IMG/VR virus record: IMGVR_UViG_3300045988_068596
Length of the DNA: 64,000 nucleotides
Strand: one strand, 5' to 3'
Source: a virus
Under the pieces are notes generated by a model that saw only the letters and a program-made list of their open reading frames with translations, did no database searches and was not told the origin of the DNA. Shown piece after piece: positions 46,531 to 54,963 of the stretch (position 1 is the first letter of the stretch; each line of letters starts with the position of its first letter). A program made the translations under genes and the position numbers.

Positions 46531-46617
46531 TGGAAGGCATGGGATTCGAACCCACACATGCTGTTACACATCTACTTGGTTTCCAACCAAGCCTCTTTAC
46601 CGTTTGAGTAACCTTCC
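46531..46617 (-). tRNA. tRNA-Ser (GGA), class II
   Basis: acceptor GGAAGGT, anticodon stem-loop CTTGG-TTGGAAA-CCAAG, long variable arm. Confidence 0.7.
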
Positions 46618-46712
46618 GTCTTGGGAGCAGGCGGGTTTGTGTCAAGTACACAATACCTAATCTTTTGTGCATGTTGTTCCCTAGGCTTCATGCACACCCT
46701 ACTATCTGCATA

Positions 46713-46898
46713 CTAACAGACCTGCCAATTTTCTAACACTTTTTCTAATGCTTCGTATGGACACATTACTGTCTTACCGTGAACATCATGTATTCTCAAA
46801 ATAATATAATGCTCATTTATCTCGGAGGTAACAAAGTATATCTTGTCCTTCACTAAACCTAAACTTCCGTTTAAACCAATGAATTTTAAATACATCAT
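46713..46898 (-). CDS. hypothetical small protein
   Basis: ORF with AGGAGG RBS. Confidence 0.4.
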   Translation of the reverse strand: MMYLKFIGLNGSLGLVKDKIYFVTSEINEHYIILRIHDVHGKTVMCPYEALEKVLENWQVC

Positions 46899-47211
46899 GT
46901 TACCTCCTAACTATGTATAACCCATGAAGCATCATGGGGGGACTGTAGTATGCCCAACCTGCGGGGATGCTCCGCTCTGAATCCGTAGAAATCAGCCACA
47001 ATTATGTCACTGGTAAGGATTTGCACCTTACATGCACACTTCCATTAGTTAGTCGGCACCTTCGAGATAGGGACATACAGCTTCAATTTTCTAATGGATT
47101 TATAGGAATCTAGCCTTACAGTTGTTTACCCGACTTGTTCTAGACTAGCCTGAATCTTCCCCTGTGCTATACTGTGTTAATTAGCGTTTACCTATTCCGC
47201 CACAGTGACTA

Positions 47212-47559
47212 TGGAGTAGACGGGACTCGAACCCGTGTCCTAACGTAGAACCATACAAAATTCTACGGGCGTAGTTACTAGTTTTAATCTACGTTAAGGT
47301 TACAACTAATAACTGAAATTACCTTAACTGAGTGGTAAAGCCTCTCCTGAGTTATCCACTTTTACCTCAGCGTTGTCGGTTAATGAGTCCTCTAGGTAGA
47401 ACCGACCCTAGTCTAGAGGGGTAAGTGTGTAGCTAGTCTAAAACTAGGCTACAGCTAATAATTCTTCGTTTTTAGCAGTTATATTTACTGCGATGATTAA
47501 GTCATCACTCTGCCCGCTATTCATATATTTCTTACGCCAGTCGAAACCAAAACTACCCC
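47212..47559 (-). ncRNA. ssrA: tmRNA (SsrA), tag peptide AKNEELLAVA
   Basis: 5' end GGGGTAGTTTTGGTTTCGACTGGCG (compare tmRNA 5' GGGGCUGAUUCUGGAUUCGACGGG). Internal frame GCT AAA AAC GAA GAA TTA TTA GCT GTA GCC TAG (47447-47476). 3' tRNA-like end ACGGG-TTCGAGT-CCCGT-CTACTCC-A pairs with the 5' GGGGTAG. Length about 348 nt. Confidence 0.75.
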
Positions 47560-47792
47560 AACATAAGAATTTCTTTTGACTAACCCTACCCTTCCGGCAG
47601 GGTCTAATCAAAAGTATACAATTAAAAAAATGAAAATGAGTTACGGAAAATGTAACATCTCCACCACCGGACTATAAGGGTAAGTTGTTCCGGTCTTTAA
47701 CCTAAGTACTTTACTTAAATCTAACAGGACAGTCTTCATTACGTAAACTACTTAACCATGTAAAACGTAAAGGTCAATTTCCGTTGACCTAA

Positions 47793-47877
47793 TACAAGAG
47801 GAGGGATTCGAACCCTCACGCCCATCATAGGCATGGCATTCTAAGTGCCACATGTCTACCAATTCCAACACTCTCGC
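47793..47877 (-). tRNA. tRNA-Leu (TAG), class II
   Basis: anticodon stem-loop TGGCA-CTTAGAA-TGCCA, long variable arm, T-arm GAGGG-TTCGAAT-CCCTC. Confidence 0.7.
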
Positions 47878-47962
47878 ATAATAACAGCCCTACCCACCTA
47901 CTGTTCTGCTAGCATATAGCTTGCAGGCTTTTTATCTGTGTTATAAAAACCAGAAAGGTTAT

Positions 47963-48045
47963 ACAGGTAACAGGAGTCGAACCTGCATGTCACAAAGGAC
48001 AATGGATTTTAAGTCCACAGCGTATACCAATTCCGCCATACCCGC
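47963..48045 (-). tRNA. tRNA-Leu (TAA), class II
   Basis: anticodon stem-loop GTGGA-CTTAAAA-TCCAT, T-loop TTCGACT. Confidence 0.65.
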
Positions 48046-48222
48046 ATAATCACTTTTTAAACTAGATTATTTATGATTCCTCACTTCTGGAAAAATACCA
48101 CTTTATATATCAACATTTTTCTTATGAATGGGTTAAGATATGTTTTAACGAAAAAGAGGCTAAAAGAGTATTTCCTCAAAATTTTCGGTCAAGTTAATCT
48201 AGTAAGGAAAAGTGTAACCTTA

Positions 48223-48294
48223 TGTGACTGCTCAGAATCGAACTGAGATTCATGTTTCCACAGAACACTGCCTTACCATTAGGCTACAGTCACC
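48223..48294 (-). tRNA. tRNA-His (GTG) with encoded G-1
   Basis: extra 5' G before acceptor GTGACTG/CAGTCAC; anticodon loop CTGTGGA. Confidence 0.75.
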
Positions 48295-48365
48295 ATCATG
48301 TGTTCCTTACAAGAATTACTATACAGCATCTTGTAAGGAAAGTCAACACTTACATATAAATTTAT

Positions 48366-48587
48366 TTAAAAAAGTTTTGATGAATCTAATTGAGAGAAAC
48401 TTTCGGGTAGAGAACCTAGCTCTTCCATGTACTCTTGGTCAATCTCGTAAACAGTTAACTCCGTTACTTCATTTTCAATGGTAAGTTTCATTGCTTCTGC
48501 TGTTTGTATACTGTGTCCTTCTACTTGAAGCTTATCATCAAGATAAATGCCTTCCCAGTCTCCTGCAACTACATAATCTGCTTTCAA
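48366..48587 (-). CDS. hypothetical acidic protein
   Basis: ORF. Confidence 0.4.
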   Translation of the reverse strand: MKADYVVAGDWEGIYLDDKLQVEGHSIQTAEAMKLTIENEVTELTVYEIDQEYMEELGSLPESFSQLDSSKLF

Positions 48588-48595
48588 GATATTAC

Positions 48596-48847
48596 CTACT
48601 TTCTCCTCAATTTCTGATAAAAATTATTATCCTTGTAATCTTCCTCGTGGGCATAAAATTTTTTCATATCATATGTCCAACAAGTTTCTTCTAATCGTTT
48701 ATGATGTGTCAATGTTACTTCATCATCAAAACGACCTTGATTTAATTTATGCCTGTAATTTCTGTTAACCATTCTTTTTATGTCTCGAACAGTTGAATCC
48801 TTCATACAAACATAACGGTAATAGGGTTTTCTGTAACTTCTACTCAT
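48596..48847 (-). CDS. hypothetical basic protein
   Basis: ORF with AGGAGGA RBS. Confidence 0.45.
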   Translation of the reverse strand: MSRSYRKPYYRYVCMKDSTVRDIKRMVNRNYRHKLNQGRFDDEVTLTHHKRLEETCWTYDMKKFYAHEEDYKDNNFYQKLRRK

Positions 48848-48900
48848 TGTAAGTCCTCCTTAATAGGTACTTACAATTTATTTAACCTTTTTTTCATTTT

Positions 48901-49185
48901 TTATAGCCCTCTTTCGAACAGACGTCTTAAAGTCTTACCCTCATTATTTAAAACATATACCGAGTTAACATAAGCCTTTGTCTCTCCTTTGTTGTCAACT
49001 CTATATTCATAGGGTTCATTTGGAACACGGGTAATCTCTTCATGTTTAGAATTAAGTAAAGAAAAAGCATTTTCTTGTTCTAAAAGAAATTGTACCCCAT
49101 CAATAAGTTCGATAAAAGGTTTAGTGGTTGGTTCAGTGCTGTCTTTTGGAACGTATTTTCGTTCTCCCAAAATTTGTAATATCAT
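48901..49185 (-). CDS. hypothetical protein
   Basis: ORF with AGGAG RBS. Confidence 0.45.
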   Translation of the reverse strand: MILQILGERKYVPKDSTEPTTKPFIELIDGVQFLLEQENAFSLLNSKHEEITRVPNEPYEYRVDNKGETKAYVNSVYVLNNEGKTLRRLFERGL

Positions 49186-49293
49186 ATCTATCTATCTCCT
49201 ATATGTGAATATATTTACCTCCCGAAAAACGTTTCTTCACCAAAGTGTAAGACGTAAACTAACGACAGGTCATAGTTTTCCAATTAAGGCAAA

Positions 49294-49367
49294 TACCAGT
49301 GAGAGGATTTGAACCTCTGACACCCGCCTTATCAAGACGATGCTCTAACCAACTGAGCTACACTGGT
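49294..49367 (-). tRNA. tRNA-Ile (GAT)
   Basis: acceptor ACCAGTG, D-arm GCTCAGTTGGTTAGAGC, anticodon loop TTGATAA. Confidence 0.8.
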
Positions 49368-49520
49368 GTGACCCATGTGTCAGGACTTTCACCTGTTCTC
49401 GGGGTGCCCCGCCTCTCTACTAATCTCCTCATTCGGTGCCCCTAATAGAGTGACTAGAGATAGTTAGCAGTAAAAATTATATATCATGAATCAAATTTTT
49501 ACTGCATCCTATATACACGA

Positions 49521-49592
49521 TACCGTCTACAGGATTTGAACCTGTGACATCCACCTTGTAAGGGTGGCGTTCTCCCACTGAACTAAGACGGT
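49521..49592 (-). tRNA. tRNA-Val (TAC)
   Basis: anticodon stem-loop CCACC-CTTACAA-GGTGG, T-loop TTCAAAT. Confidence 0.8.
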
Positions 49593-49600
49593 GAAAAATA

Positions 49601-49669
49601 CGGAAGACAGGATTTGAACCTGCGATATAGGAGTTTTAGTGCACTCATTGTCTCCCACGGTATCCGTTG
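49601..49669 (-). tRNA. tRNA-like element, anticodon unassigned (possible pseudogene)
   Basis: canonical T-arm GCAGG-TTCAAAT-CCTGT and a partial acceptor; no clean D or anticodon arm. Confidence 0.3.
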
Positions 49670-49701
49670 CGTATTGCCATCACGCCACTCCCGTATGCTA
49701 A

Positions 49702-49774
49702 CCGACAGTAAAGGAATCGAACCTCTATCACTAGATTCGTAGTCTAGCATCCTATCCAATTGAACGAACTGTCG
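49702..49774 (-). tRNA. tRNA-Arg (ACG)
   Basis: acceptor CGACAGT/ACTGTCG, anticodon stem-loop CTAGA-CTACGAA-TCTAG, T-loop TTCGATT. Confidence 0.75.
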
Positions 49775-49876
49775 CTCTAGGCTAGCAATTACGCAGACTG
49801 ACTATAGGCACCTTCGTCCCGTCACCTGTAAGTGCCCTCCTACAGGTTGTCCGTGGCACCGCAATGTACTAACCGA

Positions 49877-49950
49877 TGTCCCCACAGGGATTTGAACCCC
49901 GAACCCCCCGATTAAAAGTCGGGTGCTCTAGCCAATTGAGCTATGAAGAC
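49877..49950 (-). tRNA. tRNA-Lys (TTT)
   Basis: D-arm GCTCAATTGGCTAGAGC, anticodon stem-loop CCCGA-CTTTTAA-TCGGG. Confidence 0.75.
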
Positions 49951-50009
49951 AGTTGTGTTTTTCAAGATAACCCTCTCGAAAAACCGTTACTAATAGAAAA
50001 ACTAAGGGT

Positions 50010-50083
50010 CTCGACTGACAGATTTGAACTGCCTGCTCCTCCTAAGAGGCGTGTTACCAAAGCCATACACCAACTCTTCGAGA
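50010..50083 (-). tRNA. tRNA-like pseudogene (anticodon arm replaced by a closed hairpin)
   Basis: T-arm GGCAG-TTCAAAT-CTGTC and a 6-bp acceptor, but the anticodon region is the closed hairpin CCTCTTAGGAGG. Confidence 0.3.
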
Positions 50084-50084
50084 A

Positions 50085-50158
50085 TATCCCCTACAGGATT
50101 CGAACCTGTGACCCCCTGATTAAGAGTCAGGTGCTACCACCAACTGAGCTAAGGAGAT
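50085..50158 (-). tRNA. tRNA-Lys (CTT)
   Basis: anticodon stem-loop CCTGA-CTCTTAA-TCAGG, T-arm ACAGG-TTCGAAT-CCTGT. Confidence 0.65.
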
Positions 50159-50175
50159 AAGATTATCAATAGCTA

Positions 50176-50248
50176 GTTAAGCCTTACGGAATCGAACCGC
50201 CATGAGGTTATGAAGCTCACATAGACCACTAGACACAAAACTAGCTTA
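50176..50248 (-). tRNA. tRNA-like with CAT anticodon (Met/Ile2?), degenerate
   Basis: T-loop TTCGATT, loop TTCATAA; weak stems. Confidence 0.35.
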
Positions 50249-50350
50249 TTGATAAAATTCTATATAGATAATTGTATGCAATGTTCGCACTAACTAACCA
50301 GATAACCAGTCAATCATTCAAAACATTAATTTGTGAGTTTCCGCTCACAA

Positions 50351-50423
50351 TGCTGATTGAGAGAATCGAACTCCCATTCCCGGGTTACAAAGCCGGAGTA
50401 ATAGCCGTTATACTAAATCAGCG
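50351..50423 (-). tRNA. tRNA-Thr (TGT)
   Basis: acceptor GCTGATT/AATCAGC, anticodon loop TTTGTAA, T-arm GGGAG-TTCGATT-CTCTC. Confidence 0.65.
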
Positions 50424-50447
50424 TAACCCCTCAATAGAGGGGAATTA

Positions 50448-51539
50448 TTATACTAAGTTACCATACCCGTAGGTATTTGTTTGAGCTTGTTTAAACATAA
50501 TGCTCTTGATAGTTAAGTCGTTGTACTTTTCATCGTCTTCATCATCAAGGTACACATCAACGTTAACGTTCTTACCGGAAATACCGATTGTTTCGTCTTT
50601 ACCAACTGTTAAGTCTTTACTGTTGAAGGATACATCAAAGTAAATGCTATCTTCTTTTGTACGACTACCGAACGAAACTCTGTCACCGAATAAATCTAAG
50701 CTTCGAGAGTTGATTACAACAGGTTGTAACCCACCTTCAAATTGAATAGTTACTGTGTAATATTGATTTTCAATATTAAGGATGTTTAAGTCAGCAATAG
50801 CTTCACCAAATGGGATACCAAAGCTTAATTCCAATGCAATTGCTCGTAAGCAGTCATAGTTTAACTTAATTCTACGACTAAACTTAACAACACTGTCAAT
50901 TTCACCATAGTAAGCTTCGTCTAACTTATCTTGCAAGTAAGTACGAATTTCATCTGCATCAGGATATTCGAAACGTAAATGATAATGGAAACGTCCCGGA
51001 CGGTTAAGCATAAAGTCATTTACACGACTTAAGCTATTAACAGTAAGAGCGTAGATACGTTTACGTTGTGATAAACCATCGAATAAGCTCAATAGTTTTT
51101 CTTGTGGTTCACGACCGTCACGGTCATTAAATACTTTTTCAAATTCATCGAACAGGATAAGAGACTCTTGGTCAATACTGTCAATAAATTCTGCAATCCC
51201 CGGATAAGCTTCTGTAATTAAGATAACAGGCATATCCTCTTCAATAGCTCGTTGAGATAATATTTGAGTAAATAGTGATTTACCAATCCCTTTGTCTCCA
51301 CTTAAAATGATTCCTAAGCTACGATTAATTGTTTTAAATGTGTGTAGCACTTTTTCAATTTTAGCTAAACGGTCACCGTAAACTTTAGGTTCTTTCAATT
51401 CAAAATCGTCTGTTACTACTAGTGAGAACCCAGACATTGGATTGAATCGAACTTTATAAGTTTGCGCAGGCAACTTATCATAAGTTTTAAGGTCGTTTGC
51501 ATAAATTTCATAGTTACTACCATAGTTGATTACTTTCAT
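50448..51539 (-). CDS. AAA+ ATPase
   Basis: Walker A GDKGIGKS and Walker B ILFDEFE; start MKVINYG (the ORF-track upstream extension would overlap tRNA-Phe). Confidence 0.6.
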   Translation of the reverse strand: MKVINYGSNYEIYANDLKTYDKLPAQTYKVRFNPMSGFSLVVTDDFELKEPKVYGDRLAKIEKVLHTFKTINRSLGIILSGDKGIGKSLFTQILSQRAIEEDMPVILITEAYPGIAEFIDSIDQESLILFDEFEKVFNDRDGREPQEKLLSLFDGLSQRKRIYALTVNSLSRVNDFMLNRPGRFHYHLRFEYPDADEIRTYLQDKLDEAYYGEIDSVVKFSRRIKLNYDCLRAIALELSFGIPFGEAIADLNILNIENQYYTVTIQFEGGLQPVVINSRSLDLFGDRVSFGSRTKEDSIYFDVSFNSKDLTVGKDETIGISGKNVNVDVYLDDEDDEKYNDLTIKSIMFKQAQTNTYGYGNLV

Positions 51540-51578
51540 AAATATTCCCCTTATTCGTGTTTTATTAGCATTTGCTAA

Positions 51579-51652
51579 TGGAGAGGGGTGGAATTGAACC
51601 ACCGACCCCTAGGGTTTCAATCTAGTGCTCTAACCTACTGAGCTACCTCTCC
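51579..51652 (-). tRNA. tRNA-Phe (GAA)
   Basis: acceptor GGAGAGG, D-arm GCTCAGTAGGTTAGAGC, anticodon loop TTGAAAC. Confidence 0.7.
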
Positions 51653-51774
51653 GTGTCAATTTGGACTTATCCCCCACGTGGTTACTAAGATAAGTCCTAT
51701 GCCTTTGAAGTGTGGATACTCAAAAAATGAGTACAGGTACTAAAAATCTGATGACAAGTCAGATTTATGTCATA

Positions 51775-51847
51775 AGCAGAAGGTGAGATTCGAACTCACG
51801 TTCAGGGGTTTGCAATCCCTAGCCTTAACCCACTTGGCTACTCCCGC
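51775..51847 (-). tRNA. tRNA-Cys (GCA)
   Basis: anticodon loop TTGCAAA, T-arm GTGAG-TTCGAAT-CTCAC. Confidence 0.65.
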
Positions 51848-52087
51848 ATTGGCATCCCTCTAGGTTTTTATCTGCATCGGGACTCACATAAACTGATAAG
51901 TGAAAACAGGGCACTAGTCTGCTTTACACCTGCGCTATCAGAACCTAGACTCAGCAACACTGCCTTAGATGACTTTAATCTTGTAAACACGTCACATTCT
52001 TCAACAATTACCAGTAGAGTGCTACATACCAGTAATTCGTTCCTGTGAAGGATAGTACACTATAACTATCACCGCTGTCCAAGAATA

Positions 52088-52159
52088 CACGCCGTGAAGG
52101 ATTCGAACCCCCGTCTTCCGGGTTGGAGCCGGAAATGATAGCCACTACACCAACAGCGC
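52088..52159 (-). tRNA. tRNA-Trp (CCA)
   Basis: anticodon stem-loop TCCGG-CTCCAAC-CCGGA. Confidence 0.7.
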
Positions 52160-52246
52160 AAGATTCGGAGGGGAGGGACTAGCAACCCTCCGAAAAATGT
52201 AAGATAATGAGAGATTAAAACATGCCACTATTAAAAGTGGAATAGG

Positions 52247-52292
52247 TAATTAAGGATTCGAACCTTACAAGCCCTTACTGCTTACCTTGTAA
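52247..52292 (-). ncRNA. tRNA-like minihelix (acceptor plus T-arm only)
   Basis: AGGTAAG, 13 nt, TAAGG-TTCGAAT-CCTTA, ATTACCT; no D or anticodon arms. Confidence 0.3.
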
Positions 52293-52329
52293 ACTTATAG
52301 TATCATGTGTTGTACCGAAAGTCAACACT

Positions 52330-52362
52330 TTTTATAAAAATAATAGGGAGAAATATTTCTCC
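52330..52362 (-). terminator. intrinsic terminator (GGGAGAAATATTTCTCCC plus T-run)
   Basis: perfect hairpin followed by TATTATTTTTAT on the minus strand, then an AAGTGTTGAC promoter. Confidence 0.5.
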
Positions 52363-52369
52363 CTAAAAA

Positions 52370-52443
52370 TGGACTATACCGGAATTGAACCGATGACCTG
52401 TCAGTTATGAGCTGACGGCTCTGACCTACTGAGCTAATAGTCC
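52370..52443 (-). tRNA. tRNA-Met (CAT)
   Basis: D-arm GCTCAGTAGGTCAGAGC, anticodon stem-loop GTCAG-CTCATAA-CTGAC, T-loop TTCAATT. Confidence 0.8.
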
Positions 52444-52650
52444 GTGTAATAATACCACGAAATAAACCTTAGTAAGTCATATAGTCCCAGAAAGGGAGAC
52501 ATATGAAACTAGTGTTGAATGCCATAATCGTTTAATAAATGTGACTGAGAGAGTAATAAATTTCTTAGGCATGTCCATATGCCCCCTTTCCAATAATGAT
52601 AGTTTTAAGATATAAACAGAATAAATAAAAGAGAAAATAATAATGAATAA

Positions 52651-52723
52651 TAGCGCATGAGAGAGTCGAACTCTCGATTCCGGTTCGAAAGACCGGTGTC
52701 TTGACCGCTTGACCAATGCGCCA
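52651..52723 (-). tRNA. tRNA-Arg (TCG)
   Basis: anticodon stem-loop CCGGT-CTTTCGA-ACCGG. Confidence 0.7.
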
Positions 52724-52727
52724 TAAA

Positions 52728-52803
52728 CGAGCTATATGGGACTTGAACCCATGACCTTCTCCGTGACAGGGAGACGAGCACTCCTGACTGCTCCAATAGC
52801 CCA
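52728..52803 (-). tRNA. tRNA-Asp (GTC)
   Basis: anticodon stem-loop TCTCC-CTGTCAC-GGAGA, T-arm ATGGG-TTCAAGT-CCCAT. Confidence 0.7.
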
Positions 52804-52927
52804 ATGTTTCCCCAACCACCGCCACCTAGGGGATTCGTACGTCTACGTGAGTTTTCTGGTTATACATTATTGTTCAAGACAATAGTTGTACGAGTGGAAT
52901 ACCAATTTACCACTCTGCGGTTCCTAT

Positions 52928-52999
52928 TGCGGTAGGTGGGAGTCGAACCCACTAAAGCTTGGTTATGAGCCAAGTGCCTAAACCGTTCGGCATCTCCGC
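52928..52999 (-). tRNA. tRNA with CAT anticodon (Met/fMet/Ile2), imperfect acceptor stem
   Basis: anticodon stem-loop CTTGG-CTCATAA-CCAAG, T-arm GTGGG-TTCGACT-CCCAC. Confidence 0.55.
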
Positions 53000-53702
53000 A
53001 GTAATACAAGTCTGGTTAAAAACTCAAAACTTAATAGATTAAGGGCTTTTCTTCCTGCTTCATATACACTCACTGCATTCGGTCACATACTCAGAGAGGC
53101 TGAACCATCGGGAGCTACCCAATAGCTTCTCTCTGCCTTTAATGTATGGTCTAGCACGGTGGCTAACAACGTTCACCTAAACATTCAGCATTAAAAGTAT
53201 TATTTTACATATAACCCATATGTCTTCTGTAATATTTTCATCCAACGCTGACTTAAGCTACTTGTACCAAGGTCTCTTGTTAAACCTGTATTTCTACAGT
53301 TCTCGTCAAAGGGAGTCTTTTGAGTTTTCCAAGGTCTGCCAAGCTTCTCACACTTCCACCTAACTTGGATTCTTTTCCACAGGAACGTCTATTGTATCCC
53401 CCAAGAGTCTTGTACCTTACAATCCATGTATACTCCACATAACGCTTAACTGATATTAGCTTTTACTAATAGTTACTCCTATGTTACCATAAGACCTACC
53501 TGCAACCCAAAGCACTATCGCACCTTCGGTTACATCCAGATTCACGCCACGTTATCCTAGCAAGCTGTTCAAACTTTCTGCACTAGGTTCAAAATCTATT
53601 AAGTTTTCAATTTTTAACCACTAACTTGTGGTGTAATATTAATATAGCATAACATTACAAAGTTGTAAACACCTTTTTGTAAGTTTTTTTGATTTTTTTT
53701 GA

Positions 53703-53791
53703 TGGAAGGTAAGGGGGTCGAACCCTTACACCGGATTTCTCCGACCTAACTGATTAGCAATCAGCCCTCTTAACCATTTGAGTAACCTTCC
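53703..53791 (-). tRNA. tRNA-Ser (GCT), class II
   Basis: acceptor GGAAGGT, anticodon loop TTGCTAA, long variable arm. Confidence 0.7.
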
Positions 53792-53830
53792 AAAAGCAAA
53801 AAGGGAACCCCTGTAATTAAACAGGGGTAA
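53792..53830 (-). terminator. intrinsic terminator (CCCCTGT..ACAGGGG plus T-run)
   Basis: hairpin followed by TTCCCTTTTTGCTTTT on the minus strand. Confidence 0.55.
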
Positions 53831-53900
53831 GAGAGATGTCTCTAAAAGCCTACAACCATTATAACATAGAAACATAGTTTGTACAGCCGTAACTGTACAA

Positions 53901-53972
53901 CTGTCAGGACAGGGTTCGAACCTGTATCGCAACCTTCAAAGGGTCGTGTCCTACCTGTTAGACGACCTGACA
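53901..53972 (-). tRNA. tRNA-Gln (TTG)
   Basis: acceptor TGTCAGG/CCTGACA, anticodon stem-loop CGACC-CTTTGAA-GGTTG. Confidence 0.7.
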
Positions 53973-53974
53973 AA

Positions 53975-54022
53975 AAGGTGGAACCTCCCTAAATTTGGGG
54001 AAGAGGGAGGTTCTCATGCTAT
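53975..54022 (-). terminator. intrinsic terminator-like hairpin (GAACCTCCCT/AGGGAGGTTC)
   Basis: 10-bp stem followed by CACCTTTTTG on the minus strand. Confidence 0.4.
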
Positions 54023-54064
54023 TAACAAACACGAATTTGCTAACCAAGTAATCTTGACTAGCAA

Positions 54065-54135
54065 CTCACCTAGCAGGACTTGAACCTACAAGAACTGGTT
54101 AACAGCCAGTCATGATACCGTTTCATCATAGGTGA
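54065..54135 (-). tRNA. tRNA-Asn (GTT)
   Basis: D-arm ATGAAACGGTATCAT, anticodon stem-loop ACTGG-CTGTTAA-CCAGT. Confidence 0.7.
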
Positions 54136-54378
54136 ATTTTAGTTCTATCAACATTATAACACAAAAGCTGATAGAACTAGCAACTTTTTTACAAACTTAA
54201 CAACTTTTTTCTTAACTACTGATTCAGCAACTTACTCAATAGTTAAAGACTTAAAGAAAGAGGAAGTAATTGAGGTATGTCAATCACTAACTAAAGTATA
54301 CAACATTTTTATCATCCTGACAACAACTAAATGCAAAAAAGTTCAAAAAAGATTATAAATAGTTAAATTATCAGAATA

Positions 54379-54521
54379 TTCAAATTAATGTCCTATTTTA
54401 AATTTTTGACCTCCTTATATACTTAATACTATATATTAAATCTATATATCTAAATTATATAAATATTAGACCATATATTATTAATATATATAAGACTTGC
54501 AAAAAATTAAAATAGGACATT
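54379..54521. repeat. AT-rich element bounded by 22-nt inverted repeats (AATGTCCTATTTTAAATTTTT...AAAAATTAAAATAGGACATTT); copy 1
   Basis: a homologous IR-bounded element recurs at 59855-59982. Confidence 0.55.
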
Positions 54522-54570
54522 TTTCTGACAATTCACTTTTAGATAAAAAGAAAGAGAGCAAAATGCCCTC

Positions 54571-54909
54571 TTACCGTGTTTCAAAGTATTCCTTGATTGT
54601 ATACTCTCTAGCTTCTTTAGCTTCCTCAGTTTCATCTTTAGGAGCTAAATACAATTTAGTAATTGTAGCGGGTACCTCTACCATCTTATAGTCAATAAAA
54701 GTAGCTTGACGTAGATTTAAGTATCGGATACCTGTTGTTCTATCAGTACCTGTATGAACAGGCAAGAAAGTTAATTCTTTACCTCTGACAGAGCCATTAG
54801 CTTGCGTTAGTGCATCAACTACAGTTCCGCCCATATAGCGTGGAAATAGGTAAACCTTGTCAGTACCTACTGTAATTTCTGCGACCTTTTCGTGTGTTGG
54901 ATAGTTCAC
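54571..54909 (-). CDS. hypothetical protein
   Basis: ORF with GGAGAAA RBS. Confidence 0.45.
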   Translation of the reverse strand: MNYPTHEKVAEITVGTDKVYLFPRYMGGTVVDALTQANGSVRGKELTFLPVHTGTDRTTGIRYLNLRQATFIDYKMVEVPATITKLYLAPKDETEEAKEAREYTIKEYFETR

Positions 54910-54963
54910 TTATAATTTCTCCTTTCAGAATATGCTATAATTACAGTATAAGTATAACACATT

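Noticed and set aside
48224-48484. ORF-track + strand CDS (86 aa)
   Set aside because: It lies over tRNA-His on the opposite strand and has no RBS; spurious.
49876-50160. ORF-track + strand CDS (94 aa)
   Set aside because: It spans tRNA-Lys(TTT), the pseudo-tRNA and tRNA-Lys(CTT); tRNA complements translate into Pro/Arg-rich artefacts.
52477-52825. Three overlapping minus-strand ORFs (79, 86 and 63 aa)
   Set aside because: They cover tRNA-Arg(TCG), tRNA-Asp and a terminator; no RBS; artefacts of the tRNA array.
53726-53932. ORF-track minus-strand CDS (68 aa)
   Set aside because: It overlaps tRNA-Ser(GCT), a terminator hairpin and tRNA-Gln.
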